Assembly (NCBI GenBank): GCA_050084985.1
Contig: JBITNC010000002.1
Span: 20,398,001-20,462,000, forward strand
Source: Nageia nagi
Taxonomy: Eukaryota; Plantae; Pinophyta
DNA length: 64,000 bases
Direction of reading: 5' to 3'
The notes under the pieces were generated by a model. It was given only the letters and a program-made list of their open reading frames with translations, made no database searches and had not been told where the DNA came from. Shown in pieces: positions 27,701-39,480 of the stretch. Each line of letters opens with the position of its first letter. The stretch's first letter is position 1. The position numbers and the translations under genes are program-made.

Positions 27701-30540
27701 AGCATATGTGAACTTGTATCCATAACCGCTCTTCTGGTAGGTATACCAAGCATCTTTACTCTAGCATAAAGTGCCAAAATTTCTTCAACCATGTCCTTGA
27801 GAGGGGGGGAGCTATCATGAAATCGGATTGTGTTAACTTATTTAAGACAATCCAACATTGGTAATGTTAGCATAAACAAGGTAATTCTTAAAAGCATCAT
27901 GCAAACCAATTCTATGTTCCTCAAAATGTATAAGGAAATCATATAAGCTAATTTTATCCTGAGCAATGGTATTGTAAGAATAAGAATTTTGACAAAGAAC
28001 ATTGCTTTGAATAGGGTTAGCCTTACCTCTTACCTTTGTGTATGTGCATAACCTTCATGAATGACCCTGTTGACCATTGACTTACGAAGCGATGTGATTT
28101 CTTCTTCATTGGATGCTTCATACTCAATCTTTCCACTTTCTAGGAAGTGATGTGATATTTGCTTCATATCTACACACCCATTAGTTGAATGGCCTTTAAC
28201 TTGATACATGCAATAGGTGTTTTCTTTATACCAATGAAGTTTTTCTTCATGATATTCTCTTCCCTTTTTTGTTTCTATCAACCCTCTAGCAAGACAATAT
28301 TTGAACATTTGTGTAGGAGCCACCGAAAGTTGATAAAAAGGTTGTTTCTTGCTTTGAGCATTACTTGAATCATTAGGTTTACCTGTATGAACTTGCTAAC
28401 CATTCTTTGTACGATATGCTTGGTTTGAATTATCTTTGGAGGCACTTGAATACTTAAACACACACTCATTTGAATCAAACGTTCTTTTTTTTTCTATCAA
28501 TTTGTAGATCATTTCCATGAATGGCTCATATTTATAATCAATCGCATATTGTTTCAATCCATTGAGAATATTTTCCAAAGAATAAAATCAAGTGTAGGCA
28601 TTATTTTGAAAACGGAGAACAAATTTATCTAACCTTTCATTTGCACCTTGTTTGCATGTCATAAGATCTGATAACCCAAGAGGCTTTGGAATATTGCACT
28701 TGAAATGATATCTGAAAAGATTTTTTAATTGAACATATGAAGTAATGGATTCACGCTTTAAGGTGTGAAACCACTTTCTTGTCTCTCCTGCCAAGCTATA
28801 TAGAAAATATTTTGCCTTAAGATGATCATTGATACCTCAATACCATTGCATTGTGTGCTCAAATCCTTGGATGTGAGAATTTGGATCTCCATTAAACTTT
28901 TGTAATTTTGGATCAGGTTGATTTTCCATCATAATAGTATTGTAGATCTCATCAAATAGGGGTTTAACTCACCTCTTTTTTGATTTGGCATTATTTTATC
29001 TTTGAACACCTCCTCTACTATATCTTGCTTGGTTGTTTACATTTTCCAACCAAGTGGCTAGCACCAATGCTTGGGCTACTCGACTTCTTGTGAGAGATTC
29101 CCAAGTGGCTTTAGGAAAGCTATCATCATGTATGGTCTCAAATGGAAAAAAGTTGTTCTGTGGTAGCATTCCTTATAAATTCACGAAATCATTGAGGAAT
29201 CTTGATATTTGAAACACTCATATTCAAAGATGAAATACCTCCAAAAACCCACATAAAAAAAGCCCTAAAAAGAAAGTTTGTGAAATTAGAAAGTCAGGTT
29301 CATCAATTTGTAGAGACATTTAAAAATGATTCAATAATCAAATAACTTAAATTTCTAACAAGCTTATTAATATTCAATATAGATATAACAATGGAGTCTT
29401 GTTATCAAAATCGGCCGATATGAAGCAAACGATTATCGTTGAATATTTGGGCAAATTTTAAATTTGTTGACATGTTCGATTTATTGCAATTAGTTGTTGA
29501 TTAATTAGGGGCAAAAAATTGGGATTAATAATCGATCTCGAGGAAAAAATCGACAACATTCGCATAAGTGTAGTAAAGTTAAAAATAGAAAAAAACACTC
29601 ATTTCTCACTTTTGTGTTTGACCAATAGCTGAGAGGAGTTAGGCTAAAGGGGGGAAACAACACTTTTTAGATTTCACTAAGATTCTAGGCACAAGCACAA
29701 GGAGGTCCATTTGCATCACAAGGAGGAGAAGTAGAACTAGAACCAACAAGAGCAACCAATGTCAAAGTTGCAAAAGAGAGATGGAGAAAGGGGAAATAAA
29801 GTTAGAGAAGATATATGTTTTGGTTCATATTTTGTTATGTCAAATTGGAAATCTTTGATGTATTTTGATCCTTGGACATTTGATATTTAATACAAAAGTC
29901 TTAATTTCCAATGTTACATACTTACATTACGTTGTCACTTGTGTAATAAATTGTTAATTTCCAATGTTACATACTTACATTACGTTGTCACTTGTGTAAT
30001 AAATTGTTAATTTCCAATGTTACATACTTACATTATGTTGTCACTTGTGTAATGTGTTATTTGATATGCAATGTTGAGAGATTGCTAAAAGTAATTTGTT
30101 TAAATGTCAAAATAGGGAAAATCTTCAATTTTTTTATTTGTTGATTCTTGATTAATCCAAATCCTCCATCTAAACGATTTTTTGCCAATTACTGTGCAAT
30201 GGAATAGTAAATTAATTAACAATAAATGAGAACAATAATGAAATGAGCAATATAAATAATTGTCCTATTTATTGGATCAGATTTGGACCTAACAAGATGA
30301 GATTTGATCTACAATATTTGTTTTTCTTGCTCGAAATGCAAGATCTCATCCAAAATTGCCGTGATAGCCAAACGTTGACACTCGGGCTGTGTCCTAGTGC
30401 CCTTGCTTCAAAAGTGTGGAGATAGACCTCCGAGTGAATGATCAATCAATGGGATTGTTCAAGGGTAATCCTATTCTAACATACAAAGTGAAAGATGGAA
30501 AATAGAGCTTGTGTGATAACACAAATCTCATATCTTGATA
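24724..30540 (-). mobile_element. Decayed Gypsy element (Tat/Ogre-like, inferred) nested in the previous element
   Basis: Related LTR starts at 24724 (TGTAGACACTTAAAAATG) and 29309 (TGTAGAGACATTTAAAAATG). Degenerate tRNA-Trp-type PBS (AAGTCAGGTTCATCA, 29291-29305). PPT-like tract at about 25436-25452 on - strand. Gag remnant 28588-28794 and protease remnant 27489-27749 (SYNLLLGRP). The right LTR is cut at 30540. Confidence 0.8.
29397..30224. mobile_element. Non-autonomous DNA transposon (hAT/MITE-like) inserted in the right LTR
   Basis: Absent from the sister LTR at about 24805. Imperfect TIRs TCTTGTTA / TAACAATA. Contains a 53-bp x3 tandem repeat at 29901-30053. Confidence 0.6.
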
Positions 30541-31396
30541 TGTAATATCACTAAATCTGAAATTACCAAACCCTAGCTGCAAAATAATTATATTTTCTTT
30601 CACAAACCCTAAGTTATATAACAAAAATCAAATTTGAAACTTGCCGTAGAATAATGAACAAAATACACCTCAAAGTGGCAGAACTAGCCATGCAAATATT
30701 ATCAAAAATATGTTGCAAATATAATGAATTGTTCAGCCCAAATACATCTCAAATCCTCCACAGAATAGCATAAAATATAAACCCTAGACTGGACATCCTC
30801 CTCTAGGAGGCAAAGAAACCCTAGAAAATACACAAACAACCCTCTAATACTGCATGCAATCTGAACACACCGAACAATCTCCACACAGCTAGTTGAAAAC
30901 ACATGAAAAACCATGCTAGGGTTCCAAACCCTCCAAATCAGATCTGAAAACTGAAGCTCAAATCTCTCCCAACAATGAAGCACAAATAGCAAACCCTTTA
31001 TGGATTCACCTCTCAATACAACCATGAGCAAGGGCACATCTCCTTGACTAAAATGATTGTCTTCTTCTAAAGACTAGGGCACATCTCCTAGATCTCAAGA
31101 AGGCGAGTTAGGGTTCAACCCATAACTCTCATACAAAATAAAAATACCATATGACATAAACATGCATAATGAAACCCAAATGGGGTACACCTCTACCTTA
31201 TATAACATGAGCTTCTAATTCTTCATTAAGAGTGGGCCACTTTATTACAACTTATAACTTAACTTCAAAACATAAAAATACTCCTAATAACATATAAAAG
31301 GGGTGTCCCATTTAGACATGAATAATTTTACATTTTAATGAACAAAATTAAGTGGGGTTCACACAAACTTAAAAAGGGGAAAAAGGGGACATTACA
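30541..31396 (-). mobile_element. 3' LTR of a chromovirus-type Gypsy element
   Basis: Termini TGTAATATCAC...GGGGACATTACA. On the - strand it is preceded by PPT GGGAGGAGCGG and the LLEDKQF integrase/chromodomain tail. Confidence 0.85.
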
Positions 31397-31399
31397 ATA

Positions 31400-31515
31400 C
31401 CGCTCCTCCCAAATTGCTTGTCCTCAAGCAATGCAACTGAGTCTAGCAATCCTTTCCAATGTATCAGGTATTTAATGATGGCTCCAGTTATTAATTTTTT
31501 CTTCTTGGTCTCAGC
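31400..31515 (-). pseudogene. Gypsy chromodomain C-terminal remnant (internally deleted)
   Basis: KKKL...KYLIHWKGL...LLEDKQF...IVMSP. Confidence 0.75.
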
Positions 31516-31799
31516 AGTAGAGTCAGCTGACAACTGGAGTCTATACCTGTCCAACATAGTCATTGTATGAGTATCAAAGGACTCTTTCATATTCAGGAAA
31601 ACAGCTTCCACACAACTAACAGGATTAGGACAATAATCTGACACTTCACCAATCATCTCTGTTGTGCTTTGCCTCACTTTGCTCAATATTTCCTGAGTTA
31701 TTCCACACCTCATATGTTCCTGAAGCTCAAAGATAATTTTCTTTCTAGCATGTAGTCTCCATTTCACCCTGATCACCTGTTGGGACAGTTTCTTGACTT

Positions 31800-32625
31800 C
31801 TTGGTTCAATTCCCTTGCAGCAATTTCTCTTCCTGTCAGACTTGCTTTCTTTAGCAACCACTAGAATGCAGTAACAGCTTCTGCCTTTTCAACACCTTTA
31901 CTGTGACTATAAAGGTTTCCAAAAACAATTGCTGAATCCTCTTTTGTTTTTGGAGATCCTATCTCCAGAATCTGAACCAGAGGAGGTATGCCTCTTGCAG
32001 CTGTAATTACCCATTTGCTTTCATCATTTTCAATTGATATCATACGAAATAATGCCACTGCACATTCATGCTGGTGTTCTGAGAAAAGTCCAAGAAGAGA
32101 AATCAGAAGTTGAACTCCTCCTCTGTCTTTAAGAGCATACCATAGAGTACTTTCACCATCACACAAGATCTTGAGAGACCTTATAAGCTGGTCATGAGCT
32201 TCATTAACTGTCATTGTGTTAAAATCTTCAAGCAAACACTTTGACTCTTCATTTTGTAATTTGCTACGTAGGTAGCTGTTAGCATATAAGCTAGCTAGAG
32301 CTTCAATTGCACGTTCTTGTATGAGTAAGGACAAGTGAGATTTAAATTGCTCAATCAATACTGTTTCTATATATACTGGAGATGCCATATTTGATCTTTC
32401 TACGTTATCATTATAGATCATTAGTGCTGAAACTAAGGCCCCTATTGTGTCAGCAATTTGAGAATCCATTTTGCAAGACTGGAGACTTTCACAAAGACAC
32501 AAAGTAACTGATGATAGTCCTCTCGATATGTTGGCCGGAGCACACATTGCATTTTCTTGCAAGGCTTGTGCGAATTCTCCTTGCATGAACTCTTTTGAAA
32601 GAGCTATTGTTGTGTTAATCAAAAT
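31800..32625 (-). pseudogene. CSI1: Captured fragment of CELLULOSE SYNTHASE INTERACTIVE 1-like ARM-repeat gene
   Basis: [78 protein letters not shown] and *WLLKKAS..GREIAA match CSI1/POM2 motifs. One TAG at 31863-31861. Confidence 0.9.
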
Positions 32626-32639
32626 AGCATCCTCTTTAT

Positions 32640-32982
32640 TCTCTCCTTCCAATGAAAAGACATGAAATGCTGCATACTTGACTGTACCAACTATGAAACA
32701 GTACCTGCATCCGCGTGAGAGATCTGAACCTTTTCCTTGCATCAAAACAACAGCATTTGTTGCTCCTGCACCAGATCGTAGATTTGACACTGCATCTTCA
32801 CCTTCATGCCCCTCATTTTCATCTCGTGAATGCTCCTGTAATGGTTTGTGTTTCTCCCATTGAGGCCCAAAGCCTGCTGCTGATGTAAATTGGCGTAAAA
32901 CTTCAAGCCATGTTAAGGGACTTAAATAGTCATGCCATTCACTTATGTCAAAACCCTATGCAAATGCAATCTCAATTTGTTA
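32640..32982 (-). pseudogene. RLT: Captured fragment of RINGLET-like homeobox-DDT protein gene (RLT1/RLT2)
   Basis: [34 protein letters not shown]...[17 protein letters not shown]...[15 protein letters not shown] matches the RLT region from the end of DDT to the start of HARE-HTH. Confidence 0.85.
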
Positions 32983-34217
32983 GAAATTGCTAAAAGATCA
33001 AAAGGGCCAGTTTGTGTGGTCTAGTAGAGATATAAAGGACAAAATGTTGTTTATTGTGTTAAAAAGTCACTTGGAATGTTTAAATTGAGTGATTTTTGTA
33101 GAAACTAAATTGAAGGTTATACAACAGTGCAAATCAAACCATAGCAGTACCAACCAAACCAACTAATGTTTTTGATTACTCCACTCGTGCAATAAGATAT
33201 TTATAACTGTTGCCAAATTTATAATTGGTGTCACCACTTCCATACCACATGCCATCTCAATAGAGATAATTGTCTCTATGGTACATCTGCTTCAGTGGCG
33301 TTTTATTTTGTTCATGAGATGAATTGATTCATCAATTTCTTATGTCCATATCCTACAATTTCACAAGACAACAGAGAGTTATAAATGTCAATTCATAAAG
33401 TTATAAAGCTTCGGACTATATTGCAGGCCACTTTGTTTAGAAAAATTCTGCCACATCCATGGAGCAACATAACTGTCTCCATACCAGCGTCCTCAGGATG
33501 GTACCACCCATTGACTAAACTTCACAATCGTATCATCACATAAATTCTCTATTGATGATGCTCAAACAAGACAATTAACACTTTAGACCAAATCATAAGG
33601 TTCTCGTGTTCAGAGTTGGATGTGTTCTGTATTTGAAGTTGGGGCTATAGCATGTGTTTGAGTGCATTCAGTCGCATGTGCCATCAATTCTTATGTATTA
33701 ATATTGCATTATGAACCATTTACCTACAGATGTTTTTTTGTAAAACAATGCAAATCAGTTTCATGTGAGAGGATAACTTACACACTCAGTTATAGGCTTG
33801 AATTGCAGCTTGTAAAGTGTCGACCCAAAACTTGGAGTTCTACACCTCTATGCAATGTATCAAGAGAAATATGAAATGTTCATTAGGAATTTAGGATGAT
33901 GTTTACTGCATCTTAAACTAATCCTTGGCTGGTGACTTTTAATATTTCTTTCAGATCCTCTAATTTTGATGTCCCATTTTCAGTTGGTTTTTAATTATTT
34001 TCTTTGTCATTTACATTTTAAATTTTTCTTAAATATCTTAAGAAGCAGTTAAACTTATGGTTATCACTTTTACTATTCTTTTAGCTCACCTTTCTGTTTG
34101 TTTTGCAACTAGATTTTTGAATTCTACAACTTACTGATAGATTTCACTTCTAGCAAACTCTAATATGTTTATTTTCTTTGGCAGGGAGACAAAGAAGAGA
34201 ACTTACGATCCTTTACG

Positions 34218-35348
34218 ATGGAGGAGGTACATGAGGATCAAAGCACAATAGAAACAAAGAAAAAAGAATCTGGAGAGCACTCAGAAGAGGCAAAGAAAGA
34301 GAACATAGAAGATGTTGGGGGAAAAGAGAAATCTGCTATCAAGAGCACAGTGGAGGAAAAAGACATAGACAAAGAGAAGAATGACAAAACCCACAAGCAT
34401 GATAAGACTGACAAAGACAAGAACCGGAGTAAGGAGAAAACTGAAGTCAAGGACACAAAGAAAGATGGGGACAAAAAGAAAGAGAAAAAGAAAGAGAAGG
34501 AAATGAAGCAAGTGAAGGACAAAGATGGGGATGACAGCAAGAAGAATAAAGAGGAGGATAAGAAGGAGAAAGAGAAAGACAAGGAAAAGAAGAAAGATAA
34601 GAATGAAGACAAGGACAACATCAAGGAGAAAAAGAAAACCAAGGATGAAGATGAGGATGACGGCAAGGAAAAAAAGAAAGGCAAGGAGAAGAAGAAAGAT
34701 GAGGATGAAGACAAGGACAACATCAAGGAGAAAAAGAAAGCCAAGGATGAAGATGAGGATGACAGCAAGGAAAAAAAGAAAGGCAAGGAAAAGAAGAAAG
34801 ATGAGGATGAAGACAAGGACAACATCAAGGAGAAAAAGAAAGCCAAGGATGAAGATGAGGATGACAGCAAGGAAAAAAAGAAAGGCAAGGAAAAAAATAA
34901 AGATAAAGAAAAGAACAAGGATAAAAAGAAAGAGAAAGAAAAGAAGAAAGAGAAAGAGAAAACTAAGTGTACAGATGATAACAAGGGTGTGACTGAGAGG
35001 TCTGTAATACTGGGGGAGTCTTTGGAGAAACCCACGGAGGGCGGTGCCTTAAGGAAAGAGGAGAGTAAGAAAAGAAAGATTGAGGACAAATCCGATTTGA
35101 AAAAGGACAAAGAATGTAATGTGGAGAAGCTCAGGCAAAAATTAGAAAAGTTGGATGTTAAGCTGACAGAAATATCTGCTAAGAAAAAGACCCTTTTGGA
35201 GCAACTTAAAGAAGCTGAAAAGATGCAAAAGCCCATGGAAGCAAACAATACACGTGTTGTTCATTCTGTAGAGAATGCTACTGAGACATTCAAGGAGGTG
35301 ACAGTTGAAGAAAAGCCGCACCCGCCAGAGGTTCAAACAGAACAGTGA
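34218..35348 (+). CDS. Lys/Glu/Asp-rich disordered protein (376 aa) with C-terminal coiled coil
   Basis: Intact ORF. Acceptor TTTTCTTTGGCAG at 34184, 33 nt before the ATG. NVEKLRQKLEKLDVK...KKTLLEQLKEAE resembles a conserved coiled-coil motif in plant KED-rich proteins of unknown function. Confidence 0.85.
   Translation: MEEVHEDQSTIETKKKESGEHSEEAKKENIEDVGGKEKSAIKSTVEEKDIDKEKNDKTHKHDKTDKDKNRSKEKTEVKDTKKDGDKKKEKKKEKEMKQVKDKDGDDSKKNKEEDKKEKEKDKEKKKDKNEDKDNIKEKKKTKDEDEDDGKEKKKGKEKKKDEDEDKDNIKEKKKAKDEDEDDSKEKKKGKEKKKDEDEDKDNIKEKKKAKDEDEDDSKEKKKGKEKNKDKEKNKDKKKEKEKKKEKEKTKCTDDNKGVTERSVILGESLEKPTEGGALRKEESKKRKIEDKSDLKKDKECNVEKLRQKLEKLDVKLTEISAKKKTLLEQLKEAEKMQKPMEANNTRVVHSVENATETFKEVTVEEKPHPPEVQTEQ
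34590..34895 (+). repeat. Coding tandem repeat, 102 bp (34 aa) x3
   Basis: GAAGACAAGGACAACATC at about 34605, 34707 and 34809. Confidence 0.9.
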
Positions 35349-37304
35349 TTCTTTTTGAAGCTGAAATCTATATCTAAAATCTAGTCAAATGATTAAAATA
35401 AAAGCTGTAATTAAAAAGGTTTTTCCCTTCTAGGAAAGATGGTAGTTCTTGGAATTGTAGAAAAATGTCAGTTTTAACATAGAATATATGAAAAGATAAT
35501 GTTAAACCCAAAGGATATTATAACATTTGTATGGTTGAATATGTTTGTACACCTCAACGAGATAGCACATTTGCTGTATGTATTGACATTTTCTATATTT
35601 TGAAGCAGTTGATTTTTTCAGGTGAAATAAAATAAATTATTTAAAAAGGACAAAAGTGAAGCATAGCCAGAGCAAGAAATAATTGATTATCCCAGACTGC
35701 TTTTATTCAAAAATTATTTACATACTGTAATCGTTAATATTACAAAAATAAGAGGACATGACTCATTCAACAGGTTACTTCTCAGTTGCGAGTTTCCAAA
35801 TTTAGTTGTTGTTCTCTTTGTTAGAAGAGTAGCTATTTATGGTTGATATTCAACAATTCATCTTTGAAAAAACGAATTTCCAATTTAAGCTGTATGTGTA
35901 CTATCAATCCTCTGCAGCATTACTGCTTTGTTAATAGAATGAGATGGTAGCAAGATGGCCAGATGTAGTTGAGCATTAATTTTTCACTTCATCCTGCAAT
36001 AGTAAGCTGGCTATCAAGTTGTTATCAAACCCTCACAAAGTTTGTAGAACCCCACAAAATAGTCAATGAAGATACTCATAAATATATAGATGAATATTAT
36101 GACCATCTGACAAAGGTATCCCTTAGCATTGATGAAAATATTGTATAATGGAATTGCATCTCTAGCTATTTGTTACACTTACCAAGAAGCCTTTTTAAAC
36201 TTATCTAAGAACTCTAGTCTTCCCCTGTTAGCAGCATAGTGTTATCACTTGACGACAGGATCCTTTGATGGCTTTGAATGAACCATTGCATGAATTTGAA
36301 TATATACTGAAAAAAAATATTAGAGAACTGTAAATCCAAGTTAAGACATTGTAGAAAACAAAAGATCTTGTAAGATGTGAAGAAGTGATGAATTTGACCG
36401 TGGAAGGTGATGTAGGAAAATATATTTTTCCAAATTCATTGAATATAAGGTCTTCTCGATGGTGGGGTCCACCCTTTCCGGCACTGGTGGGTGTGTAAAA
36501 GTTAGGCGTTATTCTTGGTAGTAACCATCAGACATGTTTTTGTATTTAGCACATGGCGTTTATGACATTTCTCTTTGGCCGAGATTTCAAAAATATCACA
36601 CGTACGTATTAAATATCTTAGTTACATGTATGACATTTACTACTCAGGCATTTGCCACTCAATAGTAAACATCAGATGTTTATCACTTTGTTCTCTCTCA
36701 TCGAGATTTCCAACTTATCTTGGTTACATGCCTGACATTTACTGCTCAATAGTAAACGCTTGGAGTTTGCCACATTTTCTTATGTAATTAACGTCAGACG
36801 TTTAGTCCCGCTCCCGTTGAGATTTTGAACTGTCCCACATGTACGTATTAATTATCTTTGTTACATGCTAAGCATTTACTGAGTAGTAAATGCCAAACGT
36901 TTATCACATTTTCTCTCTCACTTGGCAATTATTGAGTAGTAAACACCAAGCGTGTATCACATTTTTCTCTCTCCTCTTGTGACAAGTGTACTGTTTTCAA
37001 ACTTGTCAGGCATTTAGGGTTTTCGTAAACGCTTGACGTTTATTATCAACATAACAAAAAACATGGTCATTTTTTTTCATTTTTACAGTTCGAAGTGTTG
37101 CAGTAGAGCATGAGAGCGCGGATGATCGTCTAAGGCACCAAGTATTCTTCTTTTCCAATTGATATTTGCATTCCATAAAAATGATTTACCCTTTTTTTAG
37201 CATTTCGAATAGTTTATAGGTAAGACTTTTCACTTCTATCACTAAAGAATTCCAATAATCAAATCTGGAGTATAATTTTTAGTAGTTAAATGGTGTTACT
37301 CTAT

Positions 37305-37630
37305 ATATTGAAACCTTGTTTATTGACTAGGTTTTATTTACCCGAAACCCTAGTATTTCAAAAAATATTCAAGTCCAAATGTTAGCATTTTGAAACCCTT
37401 CTTATCGACTATGAATTATTGAAACCCTAGCATTTTGAAAAATATTCAAGTTCAAACCCTAGCATTTTGAAAAATATTCAAATCCAAACCTTAGCATTTT
37501 AAAAAATATTCAAGTCCAAACTCTAGCATTTCGAAACCCTACATATCGACTAAGAACAATTTACTTAAAACCCTAGCATTTCGAAAAAAAATCAAGTCAA
37601 AACCTTAGCATTTCAAAACCTTGCATTTAC
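37305..37630. repeat. Minisatellite of about 32 bp, AAACCCTAGCATTTTGAAAAATATTCAAGTCC
   Basis: About 8-10 diverged units visible. Confidence 0.85.
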
Positions 37631-37739
37631 ATTCACTACATGAAATGATGTTGATAATCAACAACATTTTCGATTTGTACAAGATTCTTTAGATCTTGCA
37701 TTGCTTTGCATCATGAATAATCTTGACAAGAACATTCTC

Positions 37740-39480
37740 AATTATTGAAATGATGTCATCAGTTTGCATGCATCACAACAATGTCCTTTGCAAAAATCTT
37801 CTAAAAAAATTTGGTTAGAATATGATAGTCATCTCGCATACTCACGTATTCTTCACAACTCTAATAATGGTTCGAGGGGGAGTCTTTAACAACCCGAATG
37901 TAAATGCTAACTTTTTGCTATGTTGGCAAAGAAGCAATTATTTATTTTAGCCTCCATATCCCATAACACATGTATTTTATTTGGAACATACCCTATGTTT
38001 GTGGGTGTGATCTGTCTCATACAAGAAAAGCACGTACCCTTTTGTCAACTTCAATCGAACTACATCTAGGTGTCTTCTTGATTCCTCTATCTTTCATCAA
38101 TGTCATTACTCTTCGAACATCATCCCAAATGCCTAATTCAACATAAATATTTGAATAATTATTCATTCTAGGAATAATGCAATAAAACTCACTCCAACTA
38201 CTTCTTGTATGGATGTTCATATCTTTTTCGAGAAGAATGTAAAGTTGCAAAGTTTGGATGTACATCTGAAAATTGCATTTGCTTATTATCCATGTACTGT
38301 GTAAAATTTGAATCAACATTTAAAGACTAGCTTCATCTCACGTGATAATTTCTCCAACTTTTCATAAATGTCCTGTGTTTATGGGTGTGATTAATCTCCT
38401 ACAAGAAAAGCATGTACCCTTTAAACTTCAAATTTGGACAATACTTTTTAATAGTTAAATATACAAAACATGGCTTGATTATACCTAAAAAATTCTTGGT
38501 ATTTTATCAATGGAAAATGTAAAATATGCATCAACCTTTATAGAAATCACTATATACAATTTGGGCTTAGATGGTCGATGCAGAAATAGACACAAGATAA
38601 TACAACGATTGTAAACAAAATGATTGTAAAAATGATAAAGGCAATAGAAAAGTACAATTAAGAGTTGCTCTAGCTTCTTCATACCAATGTACAAAGTTAC
38701 TTGTAATCCCTTCTCTAACATTTATTATTCATTGAGTATTTTCTATTTCCTTAAAGTATTTCGTTTTTCATTTTTGCGATTCTTGCACCTCCTTCTCTAG
38801 CTCCTCACTCTACAATCATATAGGATTCATGAAAAATAGTTCAACACCATGACTTTTGAACATCATCCCAACTGTTTGCATAATTCACCATAAATATTTG
38901 AAATAAGAACACAAGATGAAGCATTTTTAGGCTCTACGAGGAAAAAAATTATTAGCACAAATTCCCTACATTGTTATGTGATCTATAAGGATCAAGCAGA
39001 CACATCCACACACTTAAATAAGGTCTTATGGGCATCTTGACAATGAAGTTCAAAGCTTACTCAAGATAGATTGCACAACCAAGAAGGTTAACAAGGCATG
39101 TATAATTATTCATCCCAGGAATAATGCAATAAAAATAACTTGTAGTTCTCTAAGTATGCATCTTGTTAAACAATTCCTAGGCCTTGTGCATTCTTTGATA
39201 ACTTGCAAACGTGTCTATCAAGGCATTCATAACCACAAAATTCGATGAAAAAACATTTTCAACTAGTCTTTGACGGATGTTCATACCTTCTTTGAGAGTT
39301 CCCATGGTTGCACATGTTGAAAGAATGTTGGAAAAGGTTGTAGAGTTTGGCTTTACATATGATAATTGCATATGCTTAAAAGTCTGTTGAGCCTTTTCAA
39401 AAAAACTATTTGATCCATATCTTGGGATCATTGCAGTCCATGAGTTTATGACGTCAAATGCTTCTTTGTATTCCTTAAAA
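37740..39480 (-). pseudogene. Scrambled PLS-class PPR (E/E+/DYW) gene fragments
   Basis: KKLAFTFGLLKTPPRTIIRVVKN (DYW, about 37790-37925). MKDRGIKKTPRCSSIEVDKRVRAFLV (E, 38020-38150). A second VHAFLVGD at about 38400. KPNSTTFSNILSTCATMGTLKEG (39177-39431). Confidence 0.8.

Noticed and set aside
31861-32790. Functional CSI1 gene
   Set aside because: Only a small internal part of a very large protein, fused to unrelated fragments, starting at GTG, with a stop at 31863-31861 inside the CSI1 homology, and embedded in a retroelement.
34238-35248. 336-aa antisense ORF and 155-aa alternative-frame ORF (34525-34992)
   Set aside because: Low-complexity shadows of the purine-rich KED coding sequence.
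37305-37630. Interstitial telomere repeat
   Set aside because: AAACCCTA occurs once per 32-bp unit, not as a 7-bp tandem array.
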